From: a virus
Length of the DNA: 64,000 nt
IMG/VR virus record: IMGVR_UViG_3300030099_007267
Location: 4,624 to 68,623 of that record
Strand: one strand, 5' to 3'
The notes below the pieces were generated by a model. It saw only the letters and a list, made by a program, of their open reading frames with translations. It ran no database searches and had not been told where the DNA came from. Below are positions 54,001-63,357 of the stretch, one piece after another. How positions within the stretch are numbered: the stretch's first letter is position 1; each line of letters starts with the position of its first letter. The position numbers and the translations under genes are program-made.

Positions 54001-57000
54001 GATTTTTCGAGGCTTAACGAGCAGTGAGTTTATTGCAGTCAAAGGAACAGCGAGTGCTTTGTTCCGGAAAGGTCAGGTTGGAAATAAGTCTGTAATTTTA
54101 ATGGAAAATATAGAGACACAGCAACCTACTAATTCTATAAATATATCTGAAATTTATTTTCAGTTAGAACAAGTTGATCTTTTGATCGGAACAGAAGAAC
54201 GTAAGAAGCTTCGCAAAGAATTAATGAACGATTTAGAACAAGCCAGAAAAGACTTGACTACCGCTGTCCCTCCAGATTTAAGAGAATACTATTCCGATGC
54301 CAGGCAAATCATACGTGAAATGCTTACAAAAGATAAGCCTGACTCTGATTACATTGGATATCAAACAGATAATCTAGCTTTGGGGTCAGCATTAGTTGGT
54401 GAATTCAAGAAGGCTGGCATTGAAGTTGTTCAACACAAGATTAAAGATCCTTACGGTGTTCCATACACAATTATTGAATTAACGGATAACGTTCGCAACA
54501 AACTCCAAAGAGACTCACTACCAATTATTGAATCTAGTGAAGATGTACGTTTTGTTGGTGTAGAGTTGCGTTCTTTGTATGACTTTCTTAAAGCGGCTCC
54601 AGTTTTTGAATTAGGTGAACTTAAGGAAAATGACAAGTCAATTTTTATTGATGACACAACCGTCTTGAATAAGAAATACCTGAACAACATGCGAAAATGG
54701 ATGGGTCTTACAAATGAAACAGATGTAAAAAAGCTTATAGATGCCATTGAACAACAGGGTATGAGTTTACATACAATAAGAGAAGACTTGTACGCTGGAT
54801 ACTCTCTTAGCGAGCTTAAGGATATTGTAAAAGAAGAAAGTTTAAACGACAAACAACAACAAAAATTAAAAGATTATATTGATTCGATTGAAGACTTCGA
54901 TGAACAATTTGAATTCGTGAACAAAGATGGTCAGTTCAAGTCTTTCAGATTGTTTGATGGTGATGAAACATTGTTTATTACGGATGACAGTGGATTGACC
55001 ACACAGGAGGCGCGAAACATAGTGTATATGGCCGCGCAAGAAGGCAAAAGCAGTGTGAAGTTCATAAACGCATCTCGGGGCGCAAGAGAACTAAAAACAG
55101 GCATCAATTGGGGTAATGAGGTTAAAATAGACGATACATCGAATACTGTTGAAGTCGAAATAACTGAAGAGATGAGGTATTCCGTTAGTCCCAGAAGACA
55201 GCCACTTTTTCAAAAAAGCAAAACCAAAAAACTTGAACAGTCTTTGGTTGAAAGACTAACTCCTGAAGCCTATGATCAGTTAAACGTAAATCAAAAAAGA
55301 TTAGCGTTGAACAATATGATGAATCACTCAGGTGAAGACTTATATATGGCAGAGAGTGTTGTTATTCAGCCCTCTAGATCTGGAAAAACGTTTCAGCTTG
55401 ATGTTGATGGGAAAAGAATAAAAAAGAACTTTAAAACCAAAGAAGATGCAGAGCAATATGTAAAAGACAAGTATCTAGCAAATCCAGATGAAGATCTTGT
55501 GGTTGGTGTGGCTCCCATCACAACCGACCCAGAAACGACCATCAAGGCATTGCATAATGAAATCCTAGAGCACATAGTGATACATACTGAGGATGGCAAG
55601 ATAAGACGTGCAGTGGCCTCCAAAAAGTCAAATGCGTTCGACTCGAAAGCAATAGAAGTCACTGCGTCAGATTCTGTTTTTGACAACGCCACTGTTATTG
55701 TCAACAGAGACGCACCTTTGTCTTTAACGTTAAACGATATAAATTTTTTGCTGGCATCTAAAGTAAAAGAATTTGTAATTGTTACTCCAACCAGGACGTT
55801 CACATACAGTTTGTCAAATAAATTTGATGTAACAAGCAGTCAAATAAAAAACCTGAGAATTTTAAACAATCGTTTGGGAGAAGAGGGACAGAAAAGATAC
55901 AAACCTTCAGTCAGCATTGATATCTTTACTGAAATAGCATCTCAAATTGATACTAAGAATAAAAGTGCTGTTGAGGTTTTAAATGTTGCGTTGCATGCTT
56001 GTCAAGACTACAAAAACAAACAATTGCAATCTATTTTTCCAGAATTAAAAATAGACATAAAAGAACTAGAATTTACAGAAGTAGGTACATATGGATATAA
56101 AAAAGACGGAACCGGTAGTTTTCAATTTGATGGCAAGCTCCGAAGAAAAGAACTTAAACTTATTGACGCAAGTCGCCCAACTGCTGATCCAAAGAGACGA
56201 GAAGCTCAAAAAAGAAACAGAGCAATCGGACCAGCAACAACCCATATCTTCTCCACAAGAGAAAGAATAAAAGACAACTATATTGCTAAACAAGCCGCAT
56301 CAAGAGTAGCACAGATATCTTTGTATAAAGATTTAGAATATGTTAGTCAGCGAGACTTTGAAATTTTTGTTGGTTTGGATGATATTACCTATGGATCTAT
56401 GCCAGAATGGATGGAAGACCTAAACAAAGTTCTTCTGGAACGGTTGGATATATTCCTCAACGGCCAAATCAAACCCAGCGAAGTTTTGTCTGCTTATTTC
56501 ATTACGGTTGCTAGTCAGCAAGCCGGAGAGATAGAGTACTCCCTTTTTAAACGTAGAATGGAAAAAAGGGGAATGATGAACGCAGTATCTCCGTTAATCA
56601 GTCAAAAAATGGATCCGACGAAGGGTCGATTTAATCTTGATTTTTTCATTGTAGGCAAAGACGGAAAAATAAACGTGCGCGCAGAAGAAATGATGGCGGC
56701 TTGGTTAATTACTCCAAAAGGCAGAAAAGCAATGCGAGCTTTTGATGAAGCTATTGCAAATGGCATGTTGCCAGAGTTTGATTTCTATACTGAATTTGTA
56801 GATTTATTAAATATTCGTAGGTTTGGCTGGTCAGGAACCAAAAACAACTTTCCTTTAGGAGAGAGTTTTGACTCTTTAAAATTTAAACTTGCAGAAATGA
56901 CTGAAACCATGAATCAACAGGGTAAAGCTTACAATGAAGGCTTGAAACAAAAGAGGGCATTTGCAGCCACTCCAAAAATAACCCAAGACGCTCTTGAAGC

Positions 57001-60000
57001 AAATTTAAAAAGACTTAGAGGTGTAGGGCCCGTTAAGGCTCCTTTCCTTGCTCAATTGCTAGGTTTTGGAGCCGGAACAACCATAGACAGTAAAGAGATA
57101 CAAGCATTACTTGGTTTAGACCCGATGGATCCTAAAGATATAGATAAAAAAGCCAAGGAAATCAATAAAAAAGCTTTATCAAATCTCAAAAAATGGGAAC
57201 TTCAGTACTTGAAACAAGGTGTTAAACGGTATGGAAAAGGTAGATTTTCAGAGATGCGAACTTTGATTGGACATCTTAGGGATGCTGTTGAATACCGTTA
57301 TAAAGGAATGAATAAAGAGCTACAAAAAAGAGGTATCAATATAAGACCAGAACACTACCAAGCAATCATGCATCAATGGATCTGGGCTAAAATGGCACGT
57401 TATGAAGAGACGAGGATAGCTCAACTAGAGATGTATGCTCCACTTTTATCGAAGAGGAGAGATATTGCCAGTGATGCAGAAATCGACATGTACATTGCTT
57501 TGTTGCAATCTGGAGATGTCGGCTATGAATTGGCTATGCAACAGTTGTCAGCATATCTTTCGGATGATGCAAGTCCATTGATGGATAAAGAGGGACTAAT
57601 AGTTGGAAAATTGAAAGCCGTTGCAGAAGCGCTTGAAGAAGTTCAATATGGAGAGCTTTCTGCTTTGTTGGATAATAAATTTCCTGACATTAAAGCTCTT
57701 CCTGTTGAGTTGGAGATTAATTCTAAAGCTTTTTCTATTGAAGAGGATAGAATAAGCGAAAGCAAACAAATCGAATATTTAGAAAGAACAGGTTTGTATC
57801 AAATAAAAGACGGTCAACCTTTGGGTCGATATCGTTCTGATGGAAATATAAAAGAATTAGCATTTGCAGAAGGAGCCGATGTAAAAACTATAATCCACGA
57901 AAATGCTCACCTTCTAGAAGATATGCTTAGTCCAAAAGATTATGCAGAGCTTTTGGATATGGTAGATCCAGATTTTATCGTACAAACGACAACAGGAAAA
58001 AAGATTCTTACGAAGGAAGGGCGAGAATACTTAGCTACGATGTATGAACAATTTGTAGTCAATAATATTCGATCTGCTGGCCCGAGAGAGAAAAACATGA
58101 TGGCCAAAATTAAAGTTGCTTTTTCTCAAGTTGCTTTAGAATACCTACGTGGAAAGTATAGGGAAAAATTTGGTTCACAAAATAAAGCAGATCCCACGGT
58201 GACAGATAGAGTTATGTTTGAGAATTTTAATCCTTTTGATCTTTTGCGAGAGGATGCAAAAATTCTTGCTGGTGATGAATTAACAGCTAATCAAATAAAA
58301 GTTGCTCAACAACTAGAGGCTCCAATTTCCAGAGGAATTCAGGGTTTATTAGATACTTCAAGCAAATCTGGAAAGTCTTTTAAAAAGTCTTTGATTGACA
58401 GGACAGAAGTATTTTTAGATGAGGATCCGGCAGTACGTCAAGCAGAAGACAAAGAGTCAAAAGCTACCGCAAAAAGAAGAGTGCAAAGTAGGGACACTTT
58501 GCAACCAAATGACAATCTAATATTTGATCTTCGTCCAAGTCAATTTCCCACGTGGGAAATGGAAGGTCACCTGCGTCCAGAAAAAGAACGAGCATACAGG
58601 AATAGAGCGGAAGCAAATCTGAGGAACAAGGGTGAACAAATAACACCAGAAAACATAGCTCAAGAATTACAAAATATGGAGCGTACGAAGTTAACAGCAA
58701 CCGAAATAGATCAAGCATTTTTTGATCTTAAGAATGAAGGCAAAAACGTTGACATTCTTCATTTGTCACTGAGACTAGCTGCATACACAAAAGGGAAAAC
58801 CGCTCTCAGAAGAACAGCCTATCAACCGAGAACACCTATCACAAATCGGACTATCGTTCGCGAAACCGATGTTGCAATGTATTCTAATTTTGCAGTTGTT
58901 AAACTAATGAGGATTTTTGGAGTTGAAGACATACGTCAACTCCAAGATATGTTCAACAATACAGAAGATCTTGATATTGATAAATTGGAACGGTATGAAG
59001 ACTTTACTCAGAAGAATCAAATCAAAGCGGTGATAAGAGATCCTAAAGTTAAGAGTTCTCTCATTTCTTTTGTTAATGAAATAGAAGGAACGCCAGGGAT
59101 GTTTGCTCTTTCTAGAGACTTGAGGAATAGAATAAAAAATGGCTTCAAAGAAGACGTAAAAAAAATAGATATATACCTAAGTGAAATTGCTGAAATCCGT
59201 AATGCGATTATTGATGTTTCTGTGCCAGCTTCATCTCGGAGAAACAAAATAGTAGAAGCAGGTGCAAAGTCTATTTTATTTTCATTTGCTCATGGTATAT
59301 CTGGATTGATTGATCTAATCCCGGGAGCAAATTTACAACCTGTTTTTAGAAAAATTGAAAGTTTAACAGAATCATTTATTGATCGATTTTATGAAAAAAC
59401 CTCTCCTCGACTTTTAGCCCTTGAAGGTGGTTTTACAGACTTAGATGTATCTCCAAGAATTACAGAATTAATGGAAGAGTACCATAGAGAGATGAGATCA
59501 CTTCCATCCGAACTTTTAAATTTGATACAATTATTGAATGAAAAGCATAATCAACAAAAAATCAGAGAAGCACAGTCTATACTTGGTATAGACAACAATT
59601 CGCCATCTCCTGAATATCAAAAATTACAACCTGGCATGCTTCAAATCGGTCGGCTGCTAAGAAGATTTATCCATCCTCCAGTTGATATAATGCACCTCCC
59701 AAAACTCTTGCAGGTTGCAAAAGTACTCCAACAAAACAAAGACGGTGTTAAATCTGTATCGGATTTGGAATTAGAAGTTACTGATGCAAGCTCTACTTTA
59801 AGGTCTAAAGCCAAAGAACTAGAAGAATCTGGAGTTGTCGATCATTTTAAACACTATGATGTTCTTCGAAAGCATCTAGACGATCCAGATCGACACAACC
59901 TTAGCCAGGCAGAAGGAGATAAAATACAAGATTCTCTTGACGAGTTCAACAAAATTTACAAACAAACTTTTGCAAGCCAAAAAGTTTTGACTGTCAATCA

Positions 60001-63000
60001 ATTAGCGGAAACTAATTTCCTCGATAAAATAGACACGTTCTTTGCTCCTGAAATGCACGAAAGAGAATTAAAAGCCATTACAGATGTTCGTGTTTTAGTT
60101 TCAGAAGTAAACAACAAAATGCTGTCTGATGAACAAGTCAACCAGTTCAATAAAAATATGGATATTATTTATGATGGTGTCTTGCGAAGAGAAAGCGAAG
60201 TAATGAGAAAAGGGGCCGTTATATACAGCAGTTTAAGTAGGCGAGGAGATGAATTTAAAGAATTGTCTTTAACCAGTCCAAGTGACAAAGCAAAAGCACT
60301 CCAAGCATACACTCTATTCTACACAGGTAAAATAAACATTGGAGACATTGACGTAGAGATATTGCAACAAAAATTATACAAAGAAAAAGAACCAATCAAT
60401 GGCGACAAGTGGACTACTCAGGATTTGATTACTCTTGCACAAATGCACGGAGTTCTTGCCCCAGAATATACAGAATCAGTTCAACGTTTTATTGAAAGTC
60501 GATTTGACGTTAAATTTGAAAATATTGAGGAAGATCAAAAGCAAATTGTACATATTGCCAATCGAATTGTTACAGAGCCAGCTTCTGGTAATTTTGAGTC
60601 TTTAATGCAGATGCTTGACGCAAACAATGATATCAACCTTCCTACTTCAACGATAAAAACTGACTTGGGACAAATGATGTTGGAAATGTTTGTCCGTTTG
60701 ATTGCAGAAGAGAAATTAGATGCTCTTTCGCGAAAGATAGCTGAAACTCATATTTATGGTGACTTAAGACAAGTAGCTCGTGAAAAACTCATTGAAAATG
60801 GTTTTAATCCAATAACGGATGGAGATGCTTTTTTGGAGAGGGTAAAAACGCTTTTGAATAATTGGATGAAAAATGGAGATATGAACGTTGCCTACCAAGT
60901 TGGAGAAAAACGTACGTATCGTCGAAGAGCAGACACTGAGTTAGAGAGAAGTGCTTCAGAAGTAGCTAATCAAATTATCAACACTTATGGACTGCTACCT
61001 GGCACCAATGACAATATAGAAGTATACACATCTCCATCTGGAGAAAAATTCTTATTGCCAAAAACAATAATCGACCATCTTAATCAAATTATTGATGATG
61101 TAGCCCCTATTTCAGCAGCAAAAACAAAAGGCTTGGCATCCTTTACTGAGTTTAAAGATCGTCGATCTAATGCTAGAAGGCTAAATGAAGCTTTAAACCA
61201 CGGAATGGCAATCAAAGACGATATTGTAAAGATGTTAAAAGAAAGGAATTTTTCAGAAGAAGACGCTCAGGTTCTTGCTGATCAATACATGTTAGAAATC
61301 AATCCTGAGTATCCAGAACTCAAAAGAATGATTGATGAGAAAATTAAAGAACAAAGAAAGCAACAAACTCTACTCACACAAGGTTCTGAACAACTAGACC
61401 AAATTGACATAAAGAACACTGTTGATTTCATTAAAGAATTAGATAAAGCAGGAGAGAAAGTCTATGCTTCTTTATTAAGAGACACTTTAAATATGGATGA
61501 GCCGTTTGTAATTATGGACGACGGAGAAATTATCAATCAAGCATTTGACCTTATTTCCTCTCGACCTGAAATCAAAGAAGCTTTCATTACCAAAAGTGCA
61601 ATATCAAAAAGGTTAGAAGACGAGAAAAACAAACGTGACCTTGTAAACACTGAGCTTGAACAGTCTAATTTTGTAACGCAAACCCTTGAAAACAGTGCGA
61701 TGTATTTTAAATACGTTTTACAGATCTTAATGAATAAAGTTGCAACTAAAGAAAAAGTTCTTAAGACTCTATTCTTGGATGTATTTTTACTGAGGCCTAT
61801 TAACTTATTGACCAAACAAGCTGTGACCACTGGGTTTATTGTTTTGAACTTTGCATATTACGTTAACAACTTTTTTGGGGCTTTTCAGCAAGCATTTGTC
61901 GAAGGTGGGGTTGAAGGTATCGGGGATTTGCTTTCTGCTACAGTTCGCGATCCGAGTGTGTTTATGACAACACTAAGTCTCTTACACAAAAATACTGGAA
62001 GGTTTGACCCGTTTGGTTTGGATCCGTCTCAAAAACGATCTACCAGTGTTTTTACAACCAAAGACGGAAGAATGTACACACCGGAAACTTTGGCCAATGC
62101 GGCACAAAAATATGGTATTGGGGCCGCGTTTATTACTGCTGAGTTGGCCAGGTCATTGGCTGAAGATATTCGCAAAAGAGATCCAAATCATCCATCTTTA
62201 AAAGACCTACTGACCTTGAATTCAGTCAGTGAGTTTAATATGGAAATTGCTCAGTCAATGGACAATATTTTTAGATTGAGTTTGTTTATGAATGAACTAA
62301 ACCGAGGATTGTCTGAGGCAGAAGCGGCTAAAAAAGTTCGCGATACGTTTTATGATTATTCTGACCTTTCAGAGTTTGAGAGAACGTATTTACGAGAAGC
62401 CTTTTTGTTTTATGCGTATGCCAGGAAGAATCAAATACAATTCATGCGAGCATTACGAGACAATCCATCTAGGGTAATGAATGTTTTGAGAATGGTTCGA
62501 AACTCACAACAAGAAGCTTTGGGAGAAGAAACGGACGAAAGACTTCTAAATCCTTTCCTTCAGAACAGATACTTTTATTACAGTGAAGATGACCCCACAA
62601 AGATCTTTCGTGGAATTGAAGAATGGTATCAGTTTCGAGACAAAACCGGAAATAAAATTGGTTATGCTCCGATGATAGGTGTAATGGATGCTTCCATATG
62701 GTTTTCACTTCTTAGACCTCTACTTGATCCTCAGTATGGGATTATTGATATGGGAGAAGAAATTTCTAAATATCTTGCTGGTCAAACTGCTGTATCTCCA
62801 AGAGCGTTCTTGGAGTTATACTCGGGCGAACAAATATTTAACGATCAACAATTAAGCAACATGAAAATTCCAGCAAAAACTGTTGATCTAGTAAATAAAT
62901 TACCTATCGCAGGAACGTCTTTGTTTGGAACAGCATCAAACTCAGGACTTATACAATTAAAGTTGAAAATGGATTTACAATACAATCAACTTTATTCTGA

Positions 63001-63316
63001 CGAACCGTATTACATTCCTGCCAATCCTTCTGAAGCAAAAAAGTTGTATGCTGCTTTAGTCTTTCTTAAAGCTTTTCCAGCGACATCGCCAATATTCGGT
63101 CGAGGATCAAAACAAAATTTTCTGCTTGCAGAACTTTTCTCTCGGTATGCTCTTGGTTACAAAATGGGTGAGCCTATAACGGCACCAGTTGGACAAGATT
63201 TGATGGACAAGTTTTTGGGAAGTGTTTCGTTACCTACGATGCTTATGCCAAGTGTCGAACAACAACAAATACGAGCTATCAATAAAGAAACAAAACAAAT
63301 GCGAGAACAAAAGTAA
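48038..63316 (+). CDS. giant (5,092 aa) polyvalent internal virion protein
   Basis: Uninterrupted 15.3-kb ORF; HENAH zincin motif, HhH-like GVGPVKA, LPD38-like C-terminus (FYDYSDLSEFER..F.FYAY.RKN). Confidence 0.85.
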   Translation: MGTPENKIILTPDDVEKYTQFEDFRKYHGELGTVVIDAHKVLIEEGNTPSSITPGMLQTQVNKLDSSQQGVLPVAEEFLEKFESVNPISSMTLDTNELESDVDKLYKNYIEPHLTPVKTHKESRESRPVDPSAAGFEPKNLQQAQNDYLKAVNDLIEDRANERIAEYSRQKTKDNKLKYTKDQLDTLNRQTKMILQKYYLANTLYITNEPDGIRQDIKKLLPDEIPQVSPKEIDDAIEQKIKVGGIDPIKLTQLQNDLDFIKKADETGIIPIPTRELTLFKFSSTDFPAQRIVGIKEEVEKDEQELVKKKQQEGHTPSAAQKSARLQKKEETKESLLVDTAESAVDFGMKIFGFKEAYGDIDNQSISQAVRKIGDANIQAKALNSLENAQKEHRKSQAVRKEISEDLSSIIYTLSESNKHPKEIEQVVKEIRERTISESDKRFIEAINRRNINNLDDLLRETHALVSATKNSKKQEFLLETTVMSPELWEKGMADVSPTQIVEIAKKQGFDEKYGNFLKQNFDVASMQSSLDEEFSQIEEGFFISDDSRQPIAKTIFRLGTEYEKMDKTESVADIPLTPIDNLKFYYELHEYVKQEIDKEWEPELREFTNPTSVASTYSKSSLALSLKTTENILYSTPFEEREKRSELNRQIKSLRKMLDAQTQLDDYHQEKPWFGLLYQVEPGVLSYTKEGGPFRGFGNITVYEGVRDIIDQYQARALEEIQQEQQAGEQRPVEQKPRYHQSIDYGKEYKATDAFVKQVALDTMREEYLDIYGKPKAFSSGDETKVITTYLQEGLTFDEMKDLSKANAQKSLEAYQINRIIQDDMSHPFARALIDIDSASELLASETISGMKKKEVPEFFRQMLPGEDDDTIENLIISDQIDDLLMRRLNIEANFVVDSFISQPLTENFAFYLEKLTAKAVTDSSSMEAKVQYTPITFAFETLTALAEEAVVVLPVETPSFGMSMATYFGGGRADLNEYWEIRKQQLEKMGTVKTPDGQFKHPLSVYFEQEWVRDGLVEHIDKRKKEEETGDAKITFGDLEKYTIEYFSSLVEPQAFDAMVQQGYFDDILQVYGKALAVILTGRMDQVPFTIATPMEMDFYLQEQMPDIYSGVIPPSYNSWSGRFSVFLDSMTNEPLGFQESYSYLGDGLGFSYGSVHQTFLNTGTALSVFVPFEKIAASPVKATLKTGSVMASSTRQALVAMNKTPIEAGLGTQAVRGLKAGALEAAEIVEVIPFVDDRGTRIVRGFLQEQMSYEKETPNATFSDRFLRDEELWSEAIEASAITEPDLNKSFRAELVNVAGQSAIGGLIAGTPGALFYGFKQGIPSASKLIVDGVFKIAGLTTEKNLLALSYYYRRKGDLASVVHQQQMSQMIKDVRAGHLDSLFELVNNTSKNGQYYEADYFRQAASSLGIDPNALVLSLMDLGFENAKKQKREIEYLMDGRKILKDKYSRKLKKIKNEELYKTIFGRDEIIYRSNEYKNLERQHKILVRRNTLTETQAAYNLAIYRYLALTKDDPKKFLKQLQVVDLNETDSLKNLEDYVRNFDTEELEFLKKEKGQQAVEFLKSDTTYEQDAYNKSIGLYSFLSQKKQDLNPGDAREYVKSFQDMSLVEQEAKEKPSVVKGTEAQKHNPPSKEMEKFASAIVTIGNNRVQVFFEISKKDKKLSIKEIHIDNPPMIPLDDVMLRVKATKKLFSKKLLENNLTLEWNPELVFFQLKEAPQEMLNSYTELMHQYMDNFVDNIDESKKTQRRQQPKRTVALQVVTSLRKNKNIAKNKDLGTFKVVDTNEELSLHPQYQKMINVDYEIASRAIQEQLNSIQKANKKIKDIEKKNVSILQDKLSLIEFNAEAKETPKKSVTENALAELATYMYNSKIYYDIEDKIKAFAKKIDEQDTPEKKQQKFDEIREALRSGVGNQYRKAMTTEIVRKNRAEQKIRKAEKAIDIVKPTFDEVVEEKVQKPLVTEDLSDGGLETILSTEPREPTPTKIFRGLTSSEFIAVKGTASALFRKGQVGNKSVILMENIETQQPTNSINISEIYFQLEQVDLLIGTEERKKLRKELMNDLEQARKDLTTAVPPDLREYYSDARQIIREMLTKDKPDSDYIGYQTDNLALGSALVGEFKKAGIEVVQHKIKDPYGVPYTIIELTDNVRNKLQRDSLPIIESSEDVRFVGVELRSLYDFLKAAPVFELGELKENDKSIFIDDTTVLNKKYLNNMRKWMGLTNETDVKKLIDAIEQQGMSLHTIREDLYAGYSLSELKDIVKEESLNDKQQQKLKDYIDSIEDFDEQFEFVNKDGQFKSFRLFDGDETLFITDDSGLTTQEARNIVYMAAQEGKSSVKFINASRGARELKTGINWGNEVKIDDTSNTVEVEITEEMRYSVSPRRQPLFQKSKTKKLEQSLVERLTPEAYDQLNVNQKRLALNNMMNHSGEDLYMAESVVIQPSRSGKTFQLDVDGKRIKKNFKTKEDAEQYVKDKYLANPDEDLVVGVAPITTDPETTIKALHNEILEHIVIHTEDGKIRRAVASKKSNAFDSKAIEVTASDSVFDNATVIVNRDAPLSLTLNDINFLLASKVKEFVIVTPTRTFTYSLSNKFDVTSSQIKNLRILNNRLGEEGQKRYKPSVSIDIFTEIASQIDTKNKSAVEVLNVALHACQDYKNKQLQSIFPELKIDIKELEFTEVGTYGYKKDGTGSFQFDGKLRRKELKLIDASRPTADPKRREAQKRNRAIGPATTHIFSTRERIKDNYIAKQAASRVAQISLYKDLEYVSQRDFEIFVGLDDITYGSMPEWMEDLNKVLLERLDIFLNGQIKPSEVLSAYFITVASQQAGEIEYSLFKRRMEKRGMMNAVSPLISQKMDPTKGRFNLDFFIVGKDGKINVRAEEMMAAWLITPKGRKAMRAFDEAIANGMLPEFDFYTEFVDLLNIRRFGWSGTKNNFPLGESFDSLKFKLAEMTETMNQQGKAYNEGLKQKRAFAATPKITQDALEANLKRLRGVGPVKAPFLAQLLGFGAGTTIDSKEIQALLGLDPMDPKDIDKKAKEINKKALSNLKKWELQYLKQGVKRYGKGRFSEMRTLIGHLRDAVEYRYKGMNKELQKRGINIRPEHYQAIMHQWIWAKMARYEETRIAQLEMYAPLLSKRRDIASDAEIDMYIALLQSGDVGYELAMQQLSAYLSDDASPLMDKEGLIVGKLKAVAEALEEVQYGELSALLDNKFPDIKALPVELEINSKAFSIEEDRISESKQIEYLERTGLYQIKDGQPLGRYRSDGNIKELAFAEGADVKTIIHENAHLLEDMLSPKDYAELLDMVDPDFIVQTTTGKKILTKEGREYLATMYEQFVVNNIRSAGPREKNMMAKIKVAFSQVALEYLRGKYREKFGSQNKADPTVTDRVMFENFNPFDLLREDAKILAGDELTANQIKVAQQLEAPISRGIQGLLDTSSKSGKSFKKSLIDRTEVFLDEDPAVRQAEDKESKATAKRRVQSRDTLQPNDNLIFDLRPSQFPTWEMEGHLRPEKERAYRNRAEANLRNKGEQITPENIAQELQNMERTKLTATEIDQAFFDLKNEGKNVDILHLSLRLAAYTKGKTALRRTAYQPRTPITNRTIVRETDVAMYSNFAVVKLMRIFGVEDIRQLQDMFNNTEDLDIDKLERYEDFTQKNQIKAVIRDPKVKSSLISFVNEIEGTPGMFALSRDLRNRIKNGFKEDVKKIDIYLSEIAEIRNAIIDVSVPASSRRNKIVEAGAKSILFSFAHGISGLIDLIPGANLQPVFRKIESLTESFIDRFYEKTSPRLLALEGGFTDLDVSPRITELMEEYHREMRSLPSELLNLIQLLNEKHNQQKIREAQSILGIDNNSPSPEYQKLQPGMLQIGRLLRRFIHPPVDIMHLPKLLQVAKVLQQNKDGVKSVSDLELEVTDASSTLRSKAKELEESGVVDHFKHYDVLRKHLDDPDRHNLSQAEGDKIQDSLDEFNKIYKQTFASQKVLTVNQLAETNFLDKIDTFFAPEMHERELKAITDVRVLVSEVNNKMLSDEQVNQFNKNMDIIYDGVLRRESEVMRKGAVIYSSLSRRGDEFKELSLTSPSDKAKALQAYTLFYTGKINIGDIDVEILQQKLYKEKEPINGDKWTTQDLITLAQMHGVLAPEYTESVQRFIESRFDVKFENIEEDQKQIVHIANRIVTEPASGNFESLMQMLDANNDINLPTSTIKTDLGQMMLEMFVRLIAEEKLDALSRKIAETHIYGDLRQVAREKLIENGFNPITDGDAFLERVKTLLNNWMKNGDMNVAYQVGEKRTYRRRADTELERSASEVANQIINTYGLLPGTNDNIEVYTSPSGEKFLLPKTIIDHLNQIIDDVAPISAAKTKGLASFTEFKDRRSNARRLNEALNHGMAIKDDIVKMLKERNFSEEDAQVLADQYMLEINPEYPELKRMIDEKIKEQRKQQTLLTQGSEQLDQIDIKNTVDFIKELDKAGEKVYASLLRDTLNMDEPFVIMDDGEIINQAFDLISSRPEIKEAFITKSAISKRLEDEKNKRDLVNTELEQSNFVTQTLENSAMYFKYVLQILMNKVATKEKVLKTLFLDVFLLRPINLLTKQAVTTGFIVLNFAYYVNNFFGAFQQAFVEGGVEGIGDLLSATVRDPSVFMTTLSLLHKNTGRFDPFGLDPSQKRSTSVFTTKDGRMYTPETLANAAQKYGIGAAFITAELARSLAEDIRKRDPNHPSLKDLLTLNSVSEFNMEIAQSMDNIFRLSLFMNELNRGLSEAEAAKKVRDTFYDYSDLSEFERTYLREAFLFYAYARKNQIQFMRALRDNPSRVMNVLRMVRNSQQEALGEETDERLLNPFLQNRYFYYSEDDPTKIFRGIEEWYQFRDKTGNKIGYAPMIGVMDASIWFSLLRPLLDPQYGIIDMGEEISKYLAGQTAVSPRAFLELYSGEQIFNDQQLSNMKIPAKTVDLVNKLPIAGTSLFGTASNSGLIQLKLKMDLQYNQLYSDEPYYIPANPSEAKKLYAALVFLKAFPATSPIFGRGSKQNFLLAELFSRYALGYKMGEPITAPVGQDLMDKFLGSVSLPTMLMPSVEQQQIRAINKETKQMREQK

Positions 63317-63357
63317 ATAAATGAATTATGCTATAACCGACTACTAGGAGATTTATT

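Noticed and set aside
48038-63316. Virion RNA polymerase (N4- or crAss-type)
   Set aside because: I could not find a DxDxD metal-binding motif or the T7-type motif set by eye; not excluded without a structure search.
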